From Eledone cirrhosa (lineage: Eukaryota): a stretch of 64,000 bases of DNA. This document shows positions 1 through 10,800 of the stretch, piece by piece. The notes below the pieces were generated by a model. It searched no databases. It was not told where the DNA came from and saw nothing but the letters and a program-made list of their open reading frames with translations. The DNA lies in contig OZ024742.1 of NCBI GenBank assembly GCA_964016885.1, forward strand, positions 210,986,001-211,050,000, read 5' to 3'. Each line of letters starts with the position of its first letter. Position 1 is the stretch's first letter. The position numbers were made by a program, and so were the translations under genes.

Positions 1-570
1 GCAGGGTGCTCTGAAAGTACAGTAGCTAGAGTCAGAACGGGATGGAAAAAGTTCAGAGAGCTTATACCACTATTAGCCACTAAAGGGTTCTCTCTAAAAA
101 TGAAAGGTAGGCTGTATGATGCCTGCATACGAACAGCAATGTTACATGGCAGTGAGACCTGGGCATTGTGTGCAGAGGATATACGCAGACTGGAGAGGAA
201 CGAAGCTTGCATGCTCCACTGGATGTGTAATAGTAATATACGTGAACGGCAAAGCATAAACGAACTAAGGGAAAAATTAGGAGTAAGAGGGATCAGATGT
301 TGTTTACTCGAGAGAAGACTACGTTGGTACAGTCACGTGATGCGCATGAAAGACGACAGCTGTATAAAAAAGTGCAGGGCGATAAAAATAGACGGTAGCC
401 ACGGAGTAGGCAGACCCAGAAAAACCTGGGACGATTTGATAAATTCCGACCTCACACACTTACACCTCTCCAAGACAATGTCACTGGACCGAGATCTTTG
501 GCGCTACACAGTCATACAGAAGACCCACCTTGCCTAAGTACAAAGCGAGACCTACAGTCAGCAGGCACCT
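1..570 (+). mobile_element. RTE-clade LINE, 3' end of ORF
   Basis: LYDACIRTAMLHGSETW...RRLRWYSHVMRM...GRPRKTW is a typical RTE C-terminus. Confidence 0.85.
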
Positions 571-589
571 CTAACAAAAATACACCCCT

Positions 590-924
590 GTCCCACTACC
601 CCCACCCCATCCACACCACCCCTTTCAATGTAAAGTTATGTTGGTACCACAACATCCAGCCCGAAACAAATGAGGTCGTGTAGGTGTCACGACAAAAAAA
701 CACACAGTCCACGCTGTAATGTGACCGTGTAGGTAACACGGTAAAAACCTCCCAGTCCACACTGTAAACGTGGTTGGTGTTAGGAAGGGCACCCAGCCGT
801 AGAAAACCCGCCAGACGTGTAGGTGTCACGACAAAAAAACACACAGTCCACGCTGTAATGTGGCCATGGAAGATGGACGTTAAACGATGATGATGATGAT
901 GATATATATATAGTCGGGTCTATA

Positions 925-956
<32 letters not shown>

Positions 957-1150
957 GACCCGACTTCCCACGGGAACAAGCCGAAGCTGAAGCATATAGA
1001 CAATATGCTCCCACCCCCTCCCACTGCAAAGTGGTTGTGGAGGTGCCACAGCAAAAAAGCACCCAGCCCACACTGTAAATGAGGTTGGTGTTAGGAAGGG
1101 CATCCAGCTGTAGAAATCAAGCCAGAATCAGTTCCTGTATGAGGAAGACC
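590..1150 (+). repeat. RTE 3'UTR-derived repeats with (GAT)n and (TA)n
   Basis: ttaggaagggcatccagctgtagaaa motif, ggacgttaaacgatgatgat tail, ~46-bp duplication 678-723 / 817-862. Confidence 0.7.
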
Positions 1151-1448
1151 TAAAAGGACATGGCTAAAGATGACGGAGGAAGAAATGAAATCCAAAGGGT
1201 TGATGAGGTGAGGATGTAGATAATGGGGCAAAATGGAAAAGCTTGTTGTGGGGTATACAAGGCAAACCCTTGCTCTAACAGGGAAAATAGCTTTAAAATA
1301 TTGTTATATTGTAAGATGGTGACATTAGGGAAGGCATCCAGCTGTAGAAATCATGTTGAAAATGGAATGTCTAAGAAAGATATGGTCCCCTCCCAAGCCA
1401 GACAACCCATCCAATCTATGCCAGCTTATAATGGGGATGATGACATAT

Positions 1449-2600
1449 GAGGTCTGTCAAAAAAGTATCAGACTTTATTTTTTCCCATGTGAAATTGTGA
1501 TGTTAGGGAGACAAAAGTGTGCAGGGTGGAACAGCATACGCTCATGCACATTCATAGTTTTTTATGAGCTCACTTGTTATGTTAGTTGTTGCCAGGTAGC
1601 CGCCAGCATGTGAGATGCTCTACTACTTACCTGTCATATTTTCATGTTGCCCTATACTGCCAACACAGATCCTGAGTTCCTGAATATTGTGAGAACTGGA
1701 GATAAGACATGGATGTATGGGTATGACTCAGAAACCAAAGCACAGTCATTACAGTAGTAGCCTCAAATGTCACCAAGGCCCCATCAGGGGGTGGGGAGCA
1801 ACATCAAAGTGATGCTAATTGTTTTGTTTTTTTAACTACTGTGGCTTTGTGCATCATAAATAAGCTTCAGAAGGAGCCCAGAAATGATAAGCAAAGTCAA
1901 TGTTGATGCATTTTGGATTCAAATGTGTGTAGATATCATTGAGCTGCTTAATAAGAGTTTTTAAAATTAATGAAGCTGACAGCCATGTAAATAATGAATC
2001 TCTCTACTCACCTTGTTTGAAGCCAATAATAATAACTACAAAAATCATTGTCTACCTGACACCTCACAACCAGGCTAAAGTATACTTTTCCTCCTGTCAT
2101 ATAGAAAGATAGTAGTAAATTCCCAATAAAAAGCATATCAGGTGTTGAGCAAAATCAAGGTGATGCTGACTGTTTTCTTCAACTACCTAGGGAGTGTGCA
2201 TCACAAATATGGACCAGAAGGAAAAACTGTTACAAAGGCATACTATCAGGAATTCCTCCGACATCTTCATGATGCAGTTTGGCACAAGTCACTGAATCAG
2301 TGGGAGTTACATCATCTCAATGCACTGACTCAGTTATTACAGCTGATCCAAGGTTCCTTGATAAAGATAGCTATTATGCTCATTTGCTAGGCTCCTTACT
2401 CTCTAGATATGGCTCATTCTTCCTTCTAATTGTCCCCCAAAAATGATGATCCTTTAAGAGCTGAGAGGACATCATGTGAACTGCAATGGTAAAACTGAGA
2501 GCTGTTCCAGAAGAAGCATTCTAGATATGTTTCAGTGGAAGGATCACTGGGCTTAGTATGTGGAGGTTTAAGAGGTGTATTTTGAGTAAGTTTTTTACCC
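1449..2600 (+). mobile_element. Decayed mariner (DD34D) fragments
   Basis: TIR-like gaggtctgtcaaaaaagtatc; peptides RTGDKTWMYGYDSETKAQS and KVMLTVFFN...GKTVTKAYY. Confidence 0.8.
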
Positions 2601-3570
2601 CCAGACTTCATATATTATCTTCATCCTTTTTATGTGTTTTTCCATGCTTGTATGTGCCTTCTTCAGAACAGGTTTCCTCAACTTGTGTTCCTTCTTCATC
2701 TCATCTGTAAGATTCAGTGTTTTAAGATCAGCTCTCACTACTTCTGTCAGTTTTCCACCATTGATGGTGTGGCCCTTTTGAAGATTGTCAATAAACACAA
2801 TGCCTTCTGTATCCCCCAAAACTGAGGCCATCACCTTCCCTGCAAATGAAATGACTGTGGCCTTCTTTTGAGCAAGTGAGGAGGAGTGTTTCCACTGCAT
2901 GGATTGTTTCTCTTTCTCTGGCTCAAAGTGATGAAACTAACACTCGTCCTGGGTTAAGAAACGCTCAAGGAAACCAACTGGATCTGCCTCAAACAATGTC
3001 AGATTTTCCTGTGATATGTTCTGCCTGGTGCACTTTTGATTAGGTGTCAGAAGATGTGGCACTCACCAAGCAGAAACCTTTGTCAAATCTCTCACAAGAT
3101 ATGCTAATAGCATTGGCTATTTGATTTATAGTCAATCACCTGTCATCCATCACCATGTGGTGAACACGATCAATGTTTTATTTGGTGGTGAAAGCTGCAG
3201 GACGTCCAGATCTTGGGTCATCTTCAAGACTCTCCCTTCCTCTCTTAAATTCAGCTGCCCACTTTTGCGCAGTTATAAAGCTGGAGTGCCGTCCCCTAAT
3301 GTAGCAAACATGTCAGTATGAATGTCCTTGGGGGATAAACTCTTTTTCTGCAGGTACTTGATAACACAACAATGCCAAATTTTGTCCATTTTCCAGAGAA
3401 GTCACTACTAGTTGCTTTTGAAGTCTTCTTTGAACAGAGGGATGTCAGTTTACCTGGAAAGAAACAATGCAGTTATTAATAAGAACAGTTAAAATTAAGA
3501 CATGTAAGGTTTTACAGCTTTAGCATCACTCCTTTATAATCAGCCTATGAACTTTTCAGCCTACCTTTCA
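2600..3570 (-). mobile_element. Decayed mariner transposon, second family
   Basis: AGKVMASVLGDTEGIVFIDNLQKGHTING. Confidence 0.75.
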
Positions 3571-4030
3571 GAACACCTTCCACCACTGCTAATTCTGACA
3601 CCTAGGTAATAAAAACTATCAACTACTTCTATGGAGCCTTCCTTGGATTGGAAAGAATTTATATCACTGATGCTCTTATTATTAACTATTCCTGTGCATC
3701 TACCTCACATCTCTTTTCACTGTTCACCTACATTTGATCTCACTTCCCCTTTTGTGCTCCCAAACTTTATGCTGAATGTACTGAGTCCTTTGGTTACTTG
3801 TTTCTTTGAGTATTGTGAAAGATGAGAAGTTTCCTCGGAAGATCTCAATAAAGATTGAAACTTTAATCAAGCTGTTCAGTTTTTCAATCTACGGAAAATG
3901 GCCAAGACATGTTTACATGCTTAAATATTGTAAAATTGTTTTTACATACACATTTCTCACAGCTTCAGTTAAGTTGTTCATAGAGATATGAATTTATAAT
4001 TATATATATATTTCTATTTTCTTTCTTCAG

Positions 4031-4162
4031 CTGCCACAGTCAGTTACTCTGCTAGCAGGAATTAAACTGAACTGTGAAAAAGCCTTCCAATATATAGTTG
4101 AACTTGATGAAGTAAGCATATTTCTGGAAAAAAATATCGACAAATGCTTTCAAATTCTAAAG
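4031..4162 (+). CDS. TRPC4AP: TRPC4AP exon (LPQSV...KCFQILK)
   Basis: ttcttcag acceptor, gtttgt donor, 132 nt open; weak similarity to human ECQNILK. Confidence 0.75.
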
Positions 4163-7024
4163 GTTTGTATTATTTTTTTTTATTTTTGTTCTCTATTCAT
4201 GTTCCAGTTTTTGTAAAGCATAAAAAATACAAAATTCATTAAAATATCAAGTTTAATTAAAGAAAATATATTGCACTTTAATCATTTAGAAAAAGATGTT
4301 ACTTGTCCAGAAAATGATCATCTTATTAACAACTCATTTCAGAATGCTGGACATTAATTACATTTAATATCTATAAGGTGGAAGGCATGTGGCTTAGTGG
4401 TTAGTGTTGGTCTCTGGATTGTATGGTCGTGGTTCAATTCTTGGATCAGGTGGTGTGTTGCGTGCTTGAGCAACTTTATTTTCATGCTTTCTCCAGTCCA
4501 CTCAACTGAAAATGAGTACCAGCTGTAACTGGAGTTGGTCTCATTGAACTGGCATCCTATCCAAGGAAGAGTCTTAGACTATCATTTACTTAATGCCACA
4601 TAAAACTTGGATAAACTCCAACCTGTTCATCCAACCTATGCTAGTATGGAAAACAAATGTAAAAACAGTAAAAAAAAAATGTGTAAGTGAAGTGCAGCTA
4701 TAATGGTTAGTGCCAAATTATTAGTTCAGTGCTAATAGAATCAAACAGTTCTATAATCATTGTATTAAACACCTAGAGAAAGCACATCATTTGTTGTGCC
4801 AGTGTGACTATTGTAAAATCCTTACCAGAACCAATATTTATCCATTCAGTTTTTCCTCCTGAATTGGATAGATCCATCTTGTCTATGAGCAAACAGTCCT
4901 CGGTTGGTTCTGCTTCAGCAAACCTATGGCACATTTTGTTTTTAACCAGTTCAGATAGCTGAATACCTTGCAATACTGAATTGCTGAGCCATTTGATAGA
5001 TAATTTTGTCTTGTATTGTGCTATTTGTTTATTTTATTCCGGTTATCTTGATGAAAGTTGAGAACTCAGTATCATAAAATCATCAATTGCATGATAGTTG
5101 ATTCAACATTAGATGTAAATATCTAAATTTACAGAATTGTCCAACACCAGTCACCTTTGTGAACTAAATATAAAAAATGTCTTAACATTAGCAACTATAT
5201 ACTTCAAATATTGTTTCACTTTATGGTAATAGTTAACTACAGTATATTTATTATACAAGTAAATTATTGAGCTTTAAAACTAAAGGTACCTAGGTCCAAT
5301 TTGCATGCTGCACCTAATCATAAATTGTTTTAATGAGATTTCCTTTTACAGAAAATTCCCGGTCGACTAGTTTCATTTCATCCTCGGAGACCAGCTGATG
5401 ACTTATTTGATGATAGTGTGGATAAATTTGCCCAGATCTTCTATGAATATAATGGAGTTGAGGTATGATGTATTAACATTTCCATAAATTGTTTTATCTT
5501 CTTTTCCTTCTCTTTCAGTAATAATTTCTGGCTGTATATATTCACTTTTCAGTTAATACTCAAATGAAAGTGCTGAAACAAAACATCTTAGCATACTAAA
5601 TAATTTATTCCTTTCTTAGTTTTACACATCCAGCTGTTGAAAACCAGCAAACAAAAGGTTAGAAGGACTCTTCTCTGCTGTGTCAAATACATGCCATTTT
5701 CCCTAGAACTAGTGCTACAATAAAATGCACTCAGTAGAGCACAAGATCATATGTAAGCAAGATTGTTTGCATTTGTAGCTCATCTGAAACTAGATATAAC
5801 CATAAGATATGTTTAGGCAGTAATTTATTGCTCTGAAGCCTTTTGGTTCCTCCTCTTCAGATTAAATATGTTTGTTTGATAGTATAATATACCAAACACA
5901 CAGCTTATATTTTAGCAACTGAAAATTCTTTTTTATTGTTATTACAAATTGTTTAAAATGTTACTATACTTTTTGTGCACTGATTGCAAAGGAGTAAATT
6001 CTTGCTTCTTTTCTATATTGGACAATGCCATGTTTTGTTATTATTAATCTCTTTTGAATTCATGTCTAAAATTTTTAGACTTCAAATTTTGGTGGAATTT
6101 TTTTTACATTTGCACTGCTTTAATATATTGTTGAGTTAGTGGTAAAGTTGAAAGAAACAGAACATTAGGTTCAACTTTGCCTTTTATATGAGAACTAGCT
6201 GTAGTACCTGGTAATACCCAGGAAAGGTGGGGTTATTCGCAGTTCCCAGAGTGAGCTTGAAAATGCTAGCGACCCTTGGGCCCCATACTGGATTTTCAAC
6301 AGCAACCTTTGCAGATCAATTTTTTGTGTGGAACTATCAATAGCTGTTTAAGTCATAAGTCCTTCTTCCATCCAGCTTTCTTCATTCAGAGTAAATAAGC
6401 CGGGGAAGTTTGAGCTCGAAGAGTATTGAACTTATTCAACAAACCTATGTGTAAGAATAGCAAACTTACTGCCTTAGTGCTCAAGAACAAACACAGAACA
6501 ATTGAGGAAGTCATCACAATTATTGAAGAAATTATAACTGAGTGAACATATTCAGGTACTGTTCAAGCACCCTATATATCACTGTTTGCCCAGAATGACT
6601 GAAACAATTCAATAAAACCATCCCGTTTTCCCCCTATAGTAGACATAACCCAAGAAAACACGCCATAATAAGTCAGATAAACAATCAGAAGTGTTGGCCC
6701 TAAAGAGGGCTTTGTAACATTCACTGTTGCAAAGTGTCAATAATGGGGGAGAAGTTGAGGGATCTTCTTAATTCGTGTTAATCTTCCCACGATCAAACAC
6801 CAAAATAAACTCTACTCGCAAAGACGACATGTTACAATTAACATGCCACAAGTACGAATAGTCGTCAACATACGATTTGGGTTTTATTCTTCGGACTAAT
6901 CTCATGGTAAGCCAACTTCCCGGTCGTTGATCATCACACTTTTTTGTAACTTATCACCGATTCCTGCAGTTGACCTTATTGTGACCTAAGCGTGTGCACG
7001 TGTTCAGAATATATACTAGTGGAT

Positions 7025-7083
<59 letters not shown>

Positions 7084-7772
7084 CGTAAAATAAGAAAATC
7101 TTTTTAAAAAAATTTTTTTTTTAAATTTTTTACTTACTTACTTAAATTTTCACTCCAACTAATTAGTTTCTGCAATGGGATAAAGACAGTTACGTAATCT
7201 AACTGTCGAGAATTCATTGCGTCATCAGGGAGTCTATTCTCAGCTAAGTCTCCAGGCAATGCGCGGACACTGGCGGCTCATATAAAAATAATAATAATTC
7301 GGTAGATAGAACAGCTGGCGAGGACTGAATTCTATGTACTGAAATCCTCACTGCTTCTAGTCAAATGGCCGATTCTAAAGAATCAATCACGTGACACAGA
7401 GGCTAGTCAGAAGGAATGGGATGGTAAGATGACTGACGCCTACTAACACCCCCAAAAAAAATTTTTTTAGAAGTGGTTTTGGCAGGTTTGCTCGACAAAT
7501 CAGTGATTTGGAGATAAATATAGATAATTTAATATATCAACTAACATAAGCGCACAGATGCACGCCTATGCCAGCAAATACACAGGTTATGTCATAGTAC
7601 CTAGGTGGTTCAATGCAGGAGGATGCAGAACAATAATATAAAAGACGTAAAATAAGAAAATCTTTGTTCTGCATCCTCCTGCATTGAACCACCTAGGTAC
7701 TATGACATAACCTGTGTATTTGCTGGCATAGGCGTGCATCTGTGCGCTTATGTTAGTTGATATATTAAATTA

Positions 7773-7818
<46 letters not shown>

Positions 7819-10800
7819 TATACATATATATACACAGAGACATCTGTTCAGTTGTCAACCAAAATTAGATTGTCGTCGGCTTTGTTTGAAATTTCTTTAT
7901 GTATATTTATAAGTTGTTGCCTCGTTTTGGAAGACTGAGTTGTGGGAGGGAGGGAGGGTTTAACATACAGTAGTAGTAACTCTTCTTACCCCTCTCTCAC
8001 TGAAACATCTTCTCTTTCCTCCTCCATTGTAAAGATGTCCCCAGGGGTTCCATTATTGATTTTTATTGAAATCCAATTAGCCAGTCCTGTTTCTGAATAT
8101 TAGCTTAACGTGTGTAAAATTTCATCAGGATCGGATTACTGGTGTAGCCGCCAACTGGTTACACACAGACAGAAATTGCCATTTATATAGTAGATTAATA
8201 CCATTAACATTTGTTTCCTCTCACTGCCCCCTAAAAATTAGTTTTATGCCTCTGGAATTTATATTACTTTGTTAAATTGAATTTACTACTTTGGTAACCC
8301 TCTTGAAGAAAAATAAAAACTTTCTTTACTTTGTAGATAATTTTACGCTTGCTGACATTTAGTTCTTTATTCCCAAGTGATTCTCTCAGCTGTCAAGGTA
8401 AGATTTACATCCCAAATTATTTGATAACATTTTTTATATTTATTTACAAGATATTCTGAATATATATTTTCTAAATAATCTTTTCTCAAATTCTAGCAGG
8501 CTTATCTATATCTAAGATAATGAAAAGTTTTGACTATAATTAAGGCAAGTCATGTTAGCTATATGAAAAGTATTAGCTTCTGACCCACAGCCTTTTTACA
8601 TTCTCCTAGTCTCAATCTACTTTATTCATATTATCTGGATTTCCATAACAATCCAAATTCCACTAGAATGGGCATTTAGTTATATAATCATTACTTTTTA
8701 ATAATTTTGAAATGAATTCAACTGTTGAAGTTTACCTTTGTTGAAGTTTACCTTTGTTGTTAAAAAGTAGTTGATAACTTGCGAAACATTTCTTTCACAA
8801 AGTAACCTGGTTCAATTTCTGCAGTTTTCCAATTAAAATAACAAATAAAGTAGGTCAATTTGAGTGTGTTTAAGTTTATCCAGACAATTGAATATGAAGT
8901 TGATATAGTAAAAAGCACAGACAATCTTCAATTAACAGCAACTGAGTGCAGTTCACCAAACGACACAACAGCTGTATGGTTATCATGGATCAACCAGAAC
9001 ATGGCAACAGTTCATACCTTATTTTTAGTGAATATAAATTTGAATAAATTTAAACAAAATTGATACAATTGCAGATAATGATTTCAATTCTTTTAATGTT
9101 TTATTTTAATAATACTAAATTTAATGTTTGTTTTACTTCTCTAAGCTATAGTTTTCACAAATATTTGGTAAGCCTTTGATTCATTTGAAAGATTCTGTTG
9201 ATTTCCCTGCCCCTGCTAAAATATTTGTATGATTTCTGAGAATTAACCCCTACTCCACCAAAAATTCTTTCATTTAAAAAAGTTAACAGAATATGAAATG
9301 ATGGATAGTTAATCAGATACTTTTTGGGGCGTTTTTTTTTTGTTTTTTTTTTCCAGATTCAGAACATGTGTTACGAGCAAAGAGTTTATGTCTAGAAATT
9401 TTAATCAAAATTATCTCAACTGTAAGTATAATACACATGTATAAATATTTTTTCTTTTGACTATATGAAAATTTTCAATGGCTTCAGGAATTACTTTATA
9501 TTAATAATTGTTTCTACTTTAGGCACAAGGCCAGCCATTACCCAGTACATTACTGGTACTTTATATTAATAATGAGTCGAGTCTATTATTGAAGGCAATT
9601 TACAGGACATTAGATTAGAAAACACGAGTTTTATTTAATTTGTTTTAATTGAACTTTTTCAATTCTCTATTCAGTACTAGCTGAGTATCATGAAGTAGAA
9701 GTTAAATCTCTGTTAATCTCCCTGCAGATAAATTCACATAAGAGTTTCTATTCCTGGTTATTCCTATATTGGATGGTTTATGAAATAGGCATGACTATAC
9801 CAATTTACATTCTATTTTTTCTTGAAATAAAAAAGATTTTTTCAGTTTAAACCATCAAGCAGTTGGTTTTAATTATTAAAATAGAATATTGATTAATTCA
9901 TTAGAGACATCAGTAGATATTACACATATATACATATATACAAGGTTTACGAAAATCGTTGATATTAACTCAACAGTCTCTGGCCAATGACTCACCCACT
10001 CAATGAACCTACGAGATTGCAGTAATGATACGGCATCCCGTAGTTCAGAGTGCACACATTTTAGTTAATAGCAAGTACAGTGACTGTATTTTGGTACGGA
10101 TGCATTAAACATCTTTCTCCTGGATGGAATCCATTTTTGTGCAATATTAAATCTGCAGTTTCAGAAAATTATGTATTATCAGCAGATAGTTACATAACCA
10201 GGCAAATTGCACTCTTCATCAGGTGACCCATGTCAATACATTGGTCTTTGTACTGTGTGTGGTAGTGCACACCACTTTGATAATGAATCTAACAGTTCAT
10301 ATTAACCTGATACTTGACCTCTAATGAAAATAGAGGAAGACCTCTGTAGGAGACAAAAACACGTGATATGGTGGTTGAATTCAAACAGTGGAATTCTCAC
10401 CAAAATAGAACTCAACCAGTTTATTGTATAAATGTATATATGCATATCAAAATATATGCATATACACTTATATACACGCATTTAAATGTTGCCTATTAAT
10501 ACAAAATCAAACATTCAATACTCAATAGTTAAACAATCATCATCATTTTCATCATCATTTTATGTCCGCTTTTCCCTGCTTGCAAGGGTGGGACGGGAAC
10601 CGAGTCTGGCTTGATTTCTACAGCTGGATGCCCTTCCTAACACCAACCTCATTTACAGTGAGTGCTGGGTGCTTTTTTGCCGTGGCACCTCCGGAATGAT
10701 AGGGACTCCAGTCCTATCATCTCATTTCTACAGCTGAGTAAACTGGAGCAATGTGAAATAAAGTGTCTTGCTCAAGGAAACAACACATCACCCGGTCTGA

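Larger units (their letters stand above)
6195..8194 (-). mobile_element. Non-autonomous Helitron
   Basis: On the minus strand: A|TCTACTATATA start, subterminal hairpin cctgg-gtatta-ccagg (6207-6222), then CTAG|T end. Confidence 0.75.
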
